In this document: in pieces, positions 1 through 8,567 of the stretch | Layout: the number at the start of each line of letters is the position of its first letter | How positions within the stretch are numbered: position 1 is the stretch's first letter | Source of the DNA: a virus | Lineage: Duplodnaviria; Caudoviricetes | Length of the DNA stretch: 44,094 nt | Virus record (IMG/VR): IMGVR_UViG_3300017707_001820 | Span: 1-44,094 of that record | Reading direction: 5' to 3' (one strand) | The notes under the pieces: generated by a model | Seen by the model: the letters and a program-made list of their open reading frames with translations, nothing else | Database searches by the model: none | Told to the model about the DNA's origin: nothing | Translations under genes and position numbers: made by a program

Positions 1-74
1 CCCAGGACGAATCCGCGTTCAGTTCTCAGCCGGAAGACGCCGGCTTCTTCGGTGACGATTACTCTGGTCGACAT
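1..74 (-). CDS. 5' part of a hypothetical protein truncated by the window edge
   Basis: ATG at 74 directly after the methyltransferase stop; open to the edge (MSTRVIVTEEAGVFRLRTERGFVL...). Confidence 0.35.
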   Translation of the reverse strand, partial: MSTRVIVTEEAGVFRLRTERGFVL

Positions 75-1115
75 TCAATCATTCTCCTGAACACGTTGGC
101 AGATCCAGCGAATGACTGGCACTGCCATACTGTTTCCGATGGCTTTGTAACGTGGTCCGTCGCAGGCTGGCTTGTTGCGGTGAGTGACGAGTGTGTAGTC
201 GTATGGAAAGCCTTGCAGTCGTTCGCATTCTCGAGGAGTCAGGCGACGAACGCCTGCACTTCCAGCGATCGCTGGATATCCTTGTCCGGGCTTTCCTCCA
301 CCAACACTAAGAGCTCCTGTTTTGCTTCCATCGCTTCCATTTAACCGCACTTCGTTCCTGCTGTTCTGTGCAAATGAAACAACCATCGTCTCTGTCTCAT
401 AATCCTGCCGACCCATTCCTCCAGCGTTCAAACAGTGTGCCCTATTTCCCGTGGACGCAATCAGACCCCCATCTAAGTCGAAGTCGGTGCCGAGTCCGCC
501 GCCTGCTGAAGTGCGACTCGCAAGGGTTCCGGCAACGTCTTGCCTCTTTTTCCCGCCCTTCGAAGAATCCCCTGACACGCAACCTGGCTCAAAAAGAACC
601 GCTGCGGCACGTCTCCAGCCTCCAAGACATCCAACAACGAAGACTCGACGACGACGCTGGGGAACTCCGAAGTATTGAGCGTCCAACACTCTGTAGGCGA
701 GACCATACCCGAGTTCTTCCATCGCCCCGAGGATGGAACCAAAGTCCCGTCCTCCGTTCGATGACAGCACTCCAGGGACGTTTTCACAGAGGAACCACTT
801 TGGTCTAAACTTTTGCAGTATCCGGCAATAAGTGAGTGCGAGATTCCCTCTGTCGTCAGCGAGTCCACCACGGAGACCGGCGATGGAGAAGGACTGGCAG
901 GGAGTTCCTCCGGCCAGCAGATCAAAGTCTGTCTCATTGATGTCCCATTCCTCAAAGCGGGTCATGTCCCCGTAATTCCGCACATTCGGATAGTGATGAG
1001 CCAGAACTGAGCAGGGGAATGTCTCAATTTCCGAGAAGCCTATCGCCTTCCATCCCAGAGGTTCTGTGGCGACCGAGACAGCCTCAATGCCGCTGCACAC
1101 ACTCAGGAATCGCAT
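75..1115 (-). CDS. dcm: DNA (cytosine-5)-methyltransferase
   Basis: Motif I (SVCSGIEA), catalytic GGTPCQSFS, ENVPG, QRRRRVF, RRLTPRECERLQGFP, GNSMAVPV; start placed at MRFLSV (ATG 1115). Confidence 0.95.
   Translation of the reverse strand: MRFLSVCSGIEAVSVATEPLGWKAIGFSEIETFPCSVLAHHYPNVRNYGDMTRFEEWDINETDFDLLAGGTPCQSFSIAGLRGGLADDRGNLALTYCRILQKFRPKWFLCENVPGVLSSNGGRDFGSILGAMEELGYGLAYRVLDAQYFGVPQRRRRVFVVGCLGGWRRAAAVLFEPGCVSGDSSKGGKKRQDVAGTLASRTSAGGGLGTDFDLDGGLIASTGNRAHCLNAGGMGRQDYETETMVVSFAQNSRNEVRLNGSDGSKTGALSVGGGKPGQGYPAIAGSAGVRRLTPRECERLQGFPYDYTLVTHRNKPACDGPRYKAIGNSMAVPVIRWICQRVQEND
473..955 (-). CDS. Alternative-frame ORF nested in the methyltransferase gene (possible beta-subunit-like polypeptide)
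   Basis: 160-codon same-strand open frame inside dcm with protein-like C-terminus SLLDVLEAGDVPQRFFLSQVACQGILRRAGKRGKTLPEPL; layout recalls M.EcoHK31I alpha/beta. Confidence 0.55.
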   Translation of the reverse strand: MRNGTSMRQTLICWPEELPASPSPSPVSVVDSLTTEGISHSLIAGYCKSLDQSGSSVKTSLECCHRTEDGTLVPSSGRWKNSGMVSPTECWTLNTSEFPSVVVESSLLDVLEAGDVPQRFFLSQVACQGILRRAGKRGKTLPEPLRVALQQAADSAPTST

Positions 1116-1390
1116 GGTTCTTTCCTCCCCGATTTCCCGTTCATAATGGACCAATGTTTCTTCGTCTTCAGGCACCCGCAGCTCTTCGTTCGATTGATCT
1201 GTAGTTGCTGAACCGTCACGGACTTCTCGTCGGAGCCACAACTGCACTGCACCCTTACAAGGTAGTGCGACCCCTTCGACGAATACCTGACCCTGTACGG
1301 CAACGACACGACCGTCAGCAGTCCGAAGACCTGGCCGACGGAAACCTCACTCGACTTGCTCAATGATCGACTCCCGGAGTCTCGTGGCAT
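1103..1390 (-). CDS. Small Cys-motif protein resembling the N-terminal domain of phage HNH/AP2 endonucleases
   Basis: GQVFGLLTV...QCSCG...TKSCGC pattern; no HNH core follows. Confidence 0.55.
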   Translation of the reverse strand: MPRDSGSRSLSKSSEVSVGQVFGLLTVVSLPYRVRYSSKGSHYLVRVQCSCGSDEKSVTVQQLQINRTKSCGCLKTKKHWSIMNGKSGRKEPCDS

Positions 1391-1583
1391 TCTCTGATCC
1401 TCCGTCAGAATCTCTGTACAAGTAAAACGTGCCCGACAGCCTGGCGAGTTTCCCGAGGCGAACGTAGTAGTAATCGTCGGGCTCGCCGTAGAAGCCACGT
1501 TTCCGGTCGGACATCTCCCGCATCCAGCGAGCATGAAGTTCCGTGGCGAATTGTTCAGCGGTTTGTACTGGTTGCGCATCCAT
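1347..1583 (-). CDS. hypothetical protein
   Basis: 78-aa ORF in a tightly packed minus-strand operon, GGAG upstream. Confidence 0.5.
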   Translation of the reverse strand: MDAQPVQTAEQFATELHARWMREMSDRKRGFYGEPDDYYYVRLGKLARLSGTFYLYRDSDGGSENATRLRESIIEQVE

Positions 1584-1597
1584 CGCGATGAACTCCG

Positions 1598-1813
1598 TTA
1601 ATTGCTCTCGGGATTCGTCATCGCTCGCCGGATGATCGGATCGATTCGTCTGAGATGCTTCTTCATATCCTCGAAAGCCTCCGTCAGAATCTGAAACACC
1701 TTGGCCTTCTCGTCCTCCAGCAGGAATTCCGCCGCCTCTGTTTCGACGATCGACACCGCCGCACCAATGAGTCCGAACGCCTCACCGAAATTGCACTTAA
1801 TTTTCTCGCTCAT
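1598..1813 (-). CDS. hypothetical protein
   Basis: ATG 1813 overlaps the upstream stop (ATGA); helical acidic/basic sequence MSEKIKCNFGE... Confidence 0.6.
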   Translation of the reverse strand: MSEKIKCNFGEAFGLIGAAVSIVETEAAEFLLEDEKAKVFQILTEAFEDMKKHLRRIDPIIRRAMTNPESN

Positions 1814-2250
1814 CCCCTGATTCCTCCCACAACAACATCCTTCACGATGCTGTAAAAGTCTTCTCGGCAATACGCGACCAATCCGGTCACTCGTGCCATG
1901 TCCCTGCACGGAACGCCCGCGCAGTATTTGCTCCAGATCAAATGAATCTCTTCCGGATCTGTAATCACTCCCGAACTGACCGCCGTCAGCACGAACGTGT
2001 CGTCGGCCTTCCACGAACTCACAGAACCACTGCGAGTCAGGATCAGCCGGTTCTCATACCAGATCTTCGACAGGAGTTTCCAGATCATCCACGTCTGCCC
2101 TTCGACGACAACAGCAGAGTAAGGCAGCGAGTGCCTCTTCGAGACGAACGTCGTCGAGGGATAGCGTTTCTGGCCATCCCAGACGATTCCGTTCGTGTCG
2201 AGCGTGAGATCCAGCGAGTCGAAGATCTTTTTTTTGGCGAGGGATGTCAC
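1810..2250 (-). CDS. hypothetical protein
   Basis: 146-aa ORF coupled by 4-nt overlaps to both neighbours. Confidence 0.6.
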   Translation of the reverse strand: MTSLAKKKIFDSLDLTLDTNGIVWDGQKRYPSTTFVSKRHSLPYSAVVVEGQTWMIWKLLSKIWYENRLILTRSGSVSSWKADDTFVLTAVSSGVITDPEEIHLIWSKYCAGVPCRDMARVTGLVAYCREDFYSIVKDVVVGGIRG

Positions 2251-2597
2251 AGCAACCCCATCTCAAAGTCCTGAACATCGCGTTCAATTTCCGCGAATCG
2301 CCCCAAGACCATCTTGGAGCAGGCCAACTTATCGTCCTCGGTCAACGGCATTTCATCGCCGTCATCGTTGAACACTTTGACGCTGGCCATCTTCGCATCG
2401 GAGATTTCCATTTCGCCGTCTCGTTCGCCAATACCAAGCAGGCGATCCCGCTTGATGTAAGGCCCGCTCCACTTCGCCTCGTAGCTGACAACAGCCTCCC
2501 CGAGGATTCCGTCAGTAAACATGAACTCCTCGAAGATCCACTGACCAGACTGAGTTCCACAACCCGTACATGCCACTTTTCGGTTCACTGCGAACAT
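2247..2597 (-). CDS. hypothetical protein
   Basis: 116-aa ORF, AGGAG RBS, CxxC near the N-terminus, downstream of a sigma70-like promoter. Confidence 0.65.
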   Translation of the reverse strand: MFAVNRKVACTGCGTQSGQWIFEEFMFTDGILGEAVVSYEAKWSGPYIKRDRLLGIGERDGEMEISDAKMASVKVFNDDGDEMPLTEDDKLACSKMVLGRFAEIERDVQDFEMGLL

Positions 2598-2641
2598 CGT
2601 TCACTCTCCTGAAAACACCAGAATCAAACACCACAGACCGG

Positions 2642-2670
2642 ACTCTAACGGCAGACAAACACTTTGTCAA
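2642..2670 (-). promoter_or_regulatory. sigma70-type promoter
   Basis: Minus strand TTGACA-17 nt-TAGAGT in the intergenic gap. Confidence 0.5.
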
Positions 2671-4416
2671 CTATTTATCTACAATTTTCCCATACCATCG
2701 TCCTTCGAGTGGTCCGGACCTGATGTGTTTCTTCTGGTATCGCAGTTTTTCCATACATTCGGTCAGCATTCGGCTCGGAACGCCGGAGCCATAACTGCCT
2801 CGGTATCGCTTCATCAGTTCGTCGAACTTGATCAACTTCCAGACCTTCTCCTCGTGAACGTACAGGCCACTCGTCGGATCCTCTGGAGCCTTGTGACTCG
2901 CCAGGTCTCCCATCGGAGTGAGTTTCAGCCGGCTTGTCCATGTGTGAATCCCGTGTCCGCGTTCGACGGCTTCGTCCAGCTTGTCCATGACCGGACTGAC
3001 TGGTCCGACCATCCCGGCGATCAGCGACTCCGTCTGCTCGGCCAGACTGTTCTCGACTTTCTCTTCGACCTTCGCCGAGTTGGACAGGTATTCCCGGAGT
3101 CCTCGGGTGATTCCGTTCTCTCGTTTCTTATCGTTTGCGCGTCCCTTCCAGATCGAATCCCACTCCCACACCGGGAACGTCCGCGACAACTGCCACTTCC
3201 CGTTCGTCTCCGTCTGAATCTTCCTTGCCACTGCCACCGGCGATTCGAACTCGAGTTGCTTCATCAGGATTTCTTTGTCCATGTCCGGCAGTTTCAGTGC
3301 GACCAGTTCCTCGTCGGCCTTCGTGACGAACTTCATCGACCAGTTACACTGCCACTCGTCGATCCGGTCGATGCTCTTCGCGCCAGACTCCACCCGGGGA
3401 TCCGCCATCATCCGGATCCCGTGCCGATGCAACCACCCGCCCAGCGTCCGATCAGAATTGTCTGCCGGCTGCGGATCCGTCAGATCCGTATTCGCCTCGA
3501 TCTCCTTCTGGAACTCGCCCAGCATGAACCGCTGAGAACTCTGGAAGATGACGTGCAGTTCCGCCTCGGTCTTCGGCGGATCGCAGACCAGCAGGTTCGC
3601 CCCTGCCAGCCACATCCACACCTGATCAATCGCCTCCTGCTCCTCCAGCCCATTGATCCCGTACTTCAGCAATGCATCCCGCCAACAACTGTTCGCATAC
3701 TTCAGGAGGCTATGGTGACGAGCGCCGGGCCCGATCTTGCCCATGGGCGACCGGAACTTCGTCGCATCGGTCGTCGACGCCCCACGAGGAGCCACGGAGC
3801 CCTGACGAGCGTACTCCTCGCACAGGTAATCGACGACATGCTGCGGCAACTTCCCGATCGGGATGTCGGATGGCGATTTACCCTCGAGCCACTGGTAAGT
3901 TTTCCCGCTCGGGTGTATTGACGGTGGCGCGACGGATTGCGTCTCTTTGCCCTTGCCTCCGAAGCGAAACTCGAGACCGCTGATGGTCATATTAGCGACA
4001 GGCGGCAGGCCGGAACACCAGCGATAAATTCTGTGAAGGCTCTTGCCAGACGTGTACGTCGGCGCTGGGTAATCGGCCAGAAGAGCGTCTGCCATCGCTC
4101 GGCCTTCGAGCGTATCATCTTCGATGTCGATGACTGCTTGCTCTTCGGGAATGCCGTGGCACAGACCCAGAATGATCCCGCAATTCCACGGCTTCTCGCC
4201 CCACTGTTCTGAGATGACTTCCGGATCCTGCGTAGCAGATTTGCCCCATTGATTGCCGACGGGGTGTTTGCCCTGGGCTTTACAGTCATCGCGTCCACAC
4301 GAACAAAGAACCCGATCCTGTTCGAACACCGGATAATGCAGACGCACCGGATACAGGCCAAATTCCACCAACTGCAACACATCACTGGACGCAACACTCA
4401 CAGAGATTCTCCTCAA
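2671..4416 (-). CDS. Bifunctional DNA primase/polymerase (Prim-Pol) domain protein
   Basis: CSCGRDDC..GKHP..W...AT.DPE...W...NCGI..G...VIDIE, LHRIYR, VAPPSIHPSGKTYQW; PriCT-like GARHHSL; start uncertain. Confidence 0.85.
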   Translation of the reverse strand: MRRISVSVASSDVLQLVEFGLYPVRLHYPVFEQDRVLCSCGRDDCKAQGKHPVGNQWGKSATQDPEVISEQWGEKPWNCGIILGLCHGIPEEQAVIDIEDDTLEGRAMADALLADYPAPTYTSGKSLHRIYRWCSGLPPVANMTISGLEFRFGGKGKETQSVAPPSIHPSGKTYQWLEGKSPSDIPIGKLPQHVVDYLCEEYARQGSVAPRGASTTDATKFRSPMGKIGPGARHHSLLKYANSCWRDALLKYGINGLEEQEAIDQVWMWLAGANLLVCDPPKTEAELHVIFQSSQRFMLGEFQKEIEANTDLTDPQPADNSDRTLGGWLHRHGIRMMADPRVESGAKSIDRIDEWQCNWSMKFVTKADEELVALKLPDMDKEILMKQLEFESPVAVARKIQTETNGKWQLSRTFPVWEWDSIWKGRANDKKRENGITRGLREYLSNSAKVEEKVENSLAEQTESLIAGMVGPVSPVMDKLDEAVERGHGIHTWTSRLKLTPMGDLASHKAPEDPTSGLYVHEEKVWKLIKFDELMKRYRGSYGSGVPSRMLTECMEKLRYQKKHIRSGPLEGRWYGKIVDK

Positions 4417-4496
4417 ACAAAGTTTTCCGGCATGGTAGCCTATCCATCGACAGAAAATCAGTAAAGTCTTGTCCTAGAATTTTTCGATAATATTTC

Positions 4497-4524
4497 TTGA
4501 CACGACTCTTGACTTTTGTAGGAT
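4497..4524 (+). promoter_or_regulatory. sigma70-type promoter for the rightward early operon
   Basis: TTGACA-16 nt-TAGGAT in the divergent intergenic region. Confidence 0.5.
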
Positions 4525-4531
4525 GCCTCGC

Positions 4532-4624
4532 ATGTGGATCATCGCTGTGATTTTACTGGTCGGATTCATTGAGTTCCTGAACCTGCTGGTTTACGGAGTG
4601 GATCCGGATTCTTTTTTGGGATGA
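4532..4624 (+). CDS. 30-aa hydrophobic membrane peptide (possibly leaderless)
   Basis: MWIIAVILLVGFIEFLNLLVYGVDPDSFLG; ATG 7 nt after the -10 box; fills the gap before csrA. Confidence 0.4.
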   Translation: MWIIAVILLVGFIEFLNLLVYGVDPDSFLG

Positions 4625-4635
4625 AAGGGATTTCA

Positions 4636-4815
4636 ATGCTGATACTTGCACGGAAGAAAAACCAGAAGATTCTGATTGGCGACAACATCGTCATAACGAT
4701 CGTCGACTTTCGGAATGGTGGCGTTGCCATCGGCATCGACGCACCAGCGGATATCGCTGTGCATCGGCAGGAAGTTTGGGACGCAATTAAGAAAGAGGCT
4801 GAAGATGGGCAGTGA
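4636..4815 (+). CDS. csrA: Carbon storage regulator CsrA/RsmA-family RNA-binding protein
   Basis: MLILARKKNQKILIGDNIVITIV...VAIGIDAPADIAVHRQEV matches the CsrA signature. Confidence 0.92.
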   Translation: MLILARKKNQKILIGDNIVITIVDFRNGGVAIGIDAPADIAVHRQEVWDAIKKEAEDGQ

Positions 4816-5053
4816 AGTCTTTGCAGTACCGGATGAGCATGTTGACGACATCATCCGGGTGATGATTCTGGGGCTGAATGCGTGCGGTGGCGGAGTTCAC
4901 AACGAGGTTGCTCTGAATGTCCGGCTCTGGGCGACTCAGCACAATCGTGATCTGGTGAACATACTCGATGCGATGGTTGTTCGGTCAAAAAAGCGTGCCG
5001 CGAAGAGCAAGAAGGACCGGATCATTGAACAGCGACGGAGGTTGAAGGGATGA
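4805..5053 (+). CDS. hypothetical protein
   Basis: ATG 4805; overlaps both neighbours; basic C-terminus. Confidence 0.55.
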   Translation: MGSEVFAVPDEHVDDIIRVMILGLNACGGGVHNEVALNVRLWATQHNRDLVNILDAMVVRSKKRAAKSKKDRIIEQRRRLKG

Positions 5054-5616
5054 GAAAGACGCCTGCCGAACGAGAGACAGAGGAAGTCGCTGAAGAGGCG
5101 AGAAGGCTTTTCTTTTACCATGCGGAGACGGGCTTGATTCTTCGTCGATGTTATTGGATGGGAAAGAATGTCGGCGAAGAAGCCGGAACGCAGAGGACTG
5201 ACTCTGACGGAATGACGTATAGGTCTGTGTCCATAAGGCATAAACTGTTCATGTCGCATCGTGTTGCGTGGCTTTTGCATTGCGGTCGTTGGCCGAGCAT
5301 GCAGATCGATCATAAAGACGGCAATGGTATTAACAATCGTATCAGTAATTTAAGCGAGGTTACGAACCGCCAGAACGCGATGAATCAAAAACTCAACGCG
5401 AAAAATTCTTCTGGAGTGACTGGAGTTCGGTGGCACAAGCTGGCAAAGAAGTGGAACGCAAGAATTAAGTGCGGAAAGAGTGAGATTTATCTAGGGCTAT
5501 TTGAGAGTTTCGAAGATGCAGTCGCAGCAAGAAAAGACGCTGAGTCAAAATACGGATTCAGCGAACGTCATGGAACCAAAGAAGCAGACCTGGAGTCATC
5601 AGCCGGGCGGGATTGA
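5050..5616 (+). CDS. HNH homing endonuclease with AP2 domain
   Basis: SHRVAW...IDHKDGNGINNRISNL; NSSGVTGV.W....KWNARI......YLGLFESFEDAVAAR. Confidence 0.92.
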   Translation: MRKTPAERETEEVAEEARRLFFYHAETGLILRRCYWMGKNVGEEAGTQRTDSDGMTYRSVSIRHKLFMSHRVAWLLHCGRWPSMQIDHKDGNGINNRISNLSEVTNRQNAMNQKLNAKNSSGVTGVRWHKLAKKWNARIKCGKSEIYLGLFESFEDAVAARKDAESKYGFSERHGTKEADLESSAGRD

Positions 5617-6985
5617 GTATTTGAACACACACAAATACTCGCTCCTTCACGCATGTCTCGGAGGCGGAAAGTCCTTCATGGCTGTATCTCACATGCGTAA
5701 GATTTCCACAACTGGAAGCAAACGCACGATCATCCTCTGCCCGTCAGCGGTCATGGGGGTTTGGAGAAGGGAGTTCTTCAAGCATGCTCCTGACGAGTTT
5801 GATGTGATTGTTTTGGATAAGGGATCATCAAAAGACAAAGCTTTGATTGTGTCGACTGCGATTAACCTGCAGAAGTCTCATCAAAGACCTCTTGTCTTCG
5901 TAGTGACTTACGAGTCTTTCTGGCGTCCTGATTTGCTGAAAGTCTTCTCATCGTACACATGGGAAAAGATTGTTGCTGATGAATCGCAGCGGTTAATGTC
6001 TGCTGGCGCAGCGTGTAGTAAGAATGCGTGGAAGCTAGGGTCTCGCGCCGGTTCCCGTACTGGCTTAACCGCGACCCCCCTTAGTAACAATCCGGGCAAC
6101 ATCTTCGGCCAGGCCCGCTTTCTAAACGACCAGATCTTCGGGAAATACTGGACTGCGTTCAAAAAAGAATACGCGATCATGAATCCGTACATTCCGCAGA
6201 AGGTTGATAAGTGGGTCAACCTCGACCGGATGAACGCGAAGATAGCTACCTTTCGGTATTACATCGGCCCGGAGGTTCTGGTTCTGCCCGACAAGCAGGA
6301 CATCGTCATCGAAGTCGAACTCAGCGCGAAGGGCAGGAAACTGTATAATGAGATGCGCAAGCAGTCGATGGTCGATATCAAGCGATCCATCGAGAACGCA
6401 TCCGGCGAAACCACTGAAGAGATCCGGACAGCCGTCGGATCGAACGGCGCTGTGCAGTTCCTGCGACTGCTTCAGCTTTCACAGGGGTTCATCAAGGACA
6501 CTGAAGGCGAAGAACTCGACACGGACACAGAGAAACGCAAGGCTCTGCTGGATCTGCTCGAAGACATCGACGAGCCGGTCTGCGTGTATGGCTGGTTCAA
6601 GAATGATCTGGCGATTGTCAAACGCTGCTGCGAGATCCTCGGTCGTCGTTACGGCGAGATCTCAGGGAACCGTAAGGATCTGACTGAACATGCGACGTAC
6701 CCGCAAGACATCGACATCATGGGCGTTCAGTGTAAGTCCGGATCATCCGGGATCGACCTGACTCGGGCTCGCATTGGCATCACACTGAACTCCGGCCTGC
6801 TGTCGCCTGGTGATTACGACCAGATGATGGCTCGCCAGTATCGGCCTGGGCAGACGAGGGACGTGATCTATTACCACCTCGTGGCGAAGAAGACTGTCGA
6901 AGAGAAGCTGATCAAAGCTCGGCAGGAAAAGCGCGACATTGTGGATGCGTTACTGATGGACCTGTTTGATGAGGAGGTGTTCTGA
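5570..6985 (+). CDS. SNF2-family (SF2) helicase
   Basis: Q-motif SHQ, Walker A LGGGKS, DESQ, LTATP, SGIDL, QMMARQYRPGQ. Confidence 0.9.
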   Translation: MEPKKQTWSHQPGGIEYLNTHKYSLLHACLGGGKSFMAVSHMRKISTTGSKRTIILCPSAVMGVWRREFFKHAPDEFDVIVLDKGSSKDKALIVSTAINLQKSHQRPLVFVVTYESFWRPDLLKVFSSYTWEKIVADESQRLMSAGAACSKNAWKLGSRAGSRTGLTATPLSNNPGNIFGQARFLNDQIFGKYWTAFKKEYAIMNPYIPQKVDKWVNLDRMNAKIATFRYYIGPEVLVLPDKQDIVIEVELSAKGRKLYNEMRKQSMVDIKRSIENASGETTEEIRTAVGSNGAVQFLRLLQLSQGFIKDTEGEELDTDTEKRKALLDLLEDIDEPVCVYGWFKNDLAIVKRCCEILGRRYGEISGNRKDLTEHATYPQDIDIMGVQCKSGSSGIDLTRARIGITLNSGLLSPGDYDQMMARQYRPGQTRDVIYYHLVAKKTVEEKLIKARQEKRDIVDALLMDLFDEEVF

Positions 6986-7395
6986 TGACCAAAGATTACA
7001 GCCGTGATCCGAAACCTGAAATTCCCGAGACAGTTAAGCTGGCGATCGCGACTTACGAACTGGAATGGTGGATGCGAAAGCTCTCTCGGAAGCAGGTTCG
7101 CGAAGAGATCAAGAAGTACGTCGGCATTTCCGTTAAGGCAAAAGGATTCCCTGCAGTACTGCTCTGGTACTGCGAGATCTATAGCAAGTGGAAAAGAAAA
7201 TCTGAGTCAAAGAATACACTTCTCGACGATGCGGGCTGGACAAAATTAAGAACAGTAGTAGAATCGTTGAAAAACCATCTCGAGAGTCCGCTACTGGATG
7301 GAGTGGCTGACGCGGCTATCGTGGTTAGGTCGAAGGTTTCTACGAATACTGTGCAGTTGAGTGGGTTGCCGAAAAGGTTGCGGTATTGGGAGTGA
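6985..7395 (+). CDS. hypothetical protein
   Basis: TGATG coupling to the helicase, GAGGAGG upstream. Confidence 0.65.
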   Translation: MTKDYSRDPKPEIPETVKLAIATYELEWWMRKLSRKQVREEIKKYVGISVKAKGFPAVLLWYCEIYSKWKRKSESKNTLLDDAGWTKLRTVVESLKNHLESPLLDGVADAAIVVRSKVSTNTVQLSGLPKRLRYWE

Positions 7396-7437
7396 TGAAC
7401 AGCGGAACTTGTATTCGATAGTCTTTTGGGGAATGTC

Positions 7438-7917
7438 ATGACGCAGTCTTTGAACCAGATTTCTTTGTTGTACGCGATTGCGTCCATGCTTGAAAAGCAG
7501 TTTGGAATCTCATCGACGAACGAGAGACAGACGAACGCGATAATTCAGGCAGCAACAGACATTTGCACGGCAATGCAAACCGACGTTGCAGTCAGTGCTG
7601 GAATGGGTCTAACGGCATGGCTGGCGAGTGACAGGACAGGATTGTCCTCGAAGTACATGGCTCACGTATTGACAGGAAAGACACTGGGGGCAAAGTACGC
7701 TCATCCGCACGATCCATCGGACTTCGGACGATGCCTCGGTCTGCTGGAGGCTGTGCCAGCGTTTCGCGACAGACTTTCCATGATGTCAGCAGAGTCAGGC
7801 GAATGGGATCGGTTGGTTCATTCGTGGGATGAGATCGAACGGCTTTATCGCGAGGAATTGCCGAGTGGGCGAGCCCCAAGGTGTTTCGACAGGATGCGTA
7901 AACTGTTGGGCGAGTAA
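7438..7917 (+). CDS. phage hypothetical protein
   Basis: WLASDRTGLSSK...HPHDPSDFGRCLGLLEAVP motif; flanked by the identical 20-bp direct repeats. Confidence 0.75.
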   Translation: MTQSLNQISLLYAIASMLEKQFGISSTNERQTNAIIQAATDICTAMQTDVAVSAGMGLTAWLASDRTGLSSKYMAHVLTGKTLGAKYAHPHDPSDFGRCLGLLEAVPAFRDRLSMMSAESGEWDRLVHSWDEIERLYREELPSGRAPRCFDRMRKLLGE

Positions 7918-7961
7918 CAGCGGAACTTGTATTCGGTGGGCGCAAAAACAAAGGGGAAACG

Positions 7962-8321
7962 ATGAATACAGCAGTTGCGATGCCTTGTCCACGACTGGAG
8001 TTGCGGTGGGTGAAAAGCGGCGAATCATGGTATGAGCGGGAATGTGTTTACAGCCTTGTGTTTCCGTTGGGTGAACTTGACATCCGGTCGACAGACGTTG
8101 AGGGCAATCCACGGGAACGATCCTTGGAGATTTCGCGAACCAAAGTCCGAGGCGGAAATGGTGAGCCTCCCATTTGCGACGGTGAAGTGTATACGCCTTA
8201 TCGTGATGGTGCTCATGCGTTTTGGGATCGCGATGCTTTGGGCGGACATCTTCCGATCGTTGCGGTGTGCGAGGATGTGGCAACGCTGGTGAAGTTAAGG
8301 CCGCGACACGAGGCAAAGTAA
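7962..8321 (+). CDS. hypothetical protein
   Basis: 119 aa, AGGGG RBS; its stop TAA forms part of the next repeat site. Confidence 0.65.
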   Translation: MNTAVAMPCPRLELRWVKSGESWYERECVYSLVFPLGELDIRSTDVEGNPRERSLEISRTKVRGGNGEPPICDGEVYTPYRDGAHAFWDRDALGGHLPIVAVCEDVATLVKLRPRHEAK

Positions 8322-8347
8322 CAGAGGAATTCCGTTCCGATAGTGGT

Positions 8348-8417
8348 GACTCATTACCTCAATGGCAGAGGGCTGGCGATAAGCCGGAAGACGGTGGTTC
8401 GATTCCATCATGAGTCC
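8348..8417 (+). tRNA. tRNA-like RNA (Ile-GAT-like) with a 5-nt anticodon loop
   Basis: Acceptor GACTCAT/ATGAGTC, D arm CCTC-AATGGCA-GAGG, anticodon stem CTGGC/GCCGG with loop GATAA, T arm GGTGG-TTCGATT-CCATC; no CCA. Confidence 0.65.
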
Positions 8418-8434
8418 TTGAAATGTTTGCTGCT

Positions 8435-8534
8435 GATCGGGTGGCGGAATGGTAGACGCCTCAAGGGAATTGATTCCAGCACAGAATCAGACTCGGCGGA
8501 TGAATGCTTGCGGGTTCGAATCCCGCCCCGGTCA
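8435..8534 (+). tRNA. tRNA-like RNA (Leu-type D/T arms) with an aberrant central region
   Basis: Acceptor GATCGGG/CCCGGTC+A, D arm GCG-GAATGGTAGA-CGC, T arm GCGGG-TTCGAAT-CCCGC; about 10 extra nt before hairpin TGATTC-CAGCACA-GAATCA. Confidence 0.6.
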
Positions 8535-8567
8535 GTGGCGTGAGCAGAGCTATGTTGGTCCGCGTTT

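Noticed and set aside
1116-1247. N-terminal extension of the methyltransferase given in the ORF track
   Set aside because: Motif I begins at MRFLSV (1115) with a GAGG RBS; the extension overlaps another ORF.
2725-3921. 398-aa plus-strand ORF, and similar long antisense ORFs (18069-18935, 18670-19695, 20856-21740, 36184-36861)
   Set aside because: Antisense shadows of well-supported genes in GC-rich sequence, with no recognisable motifs.
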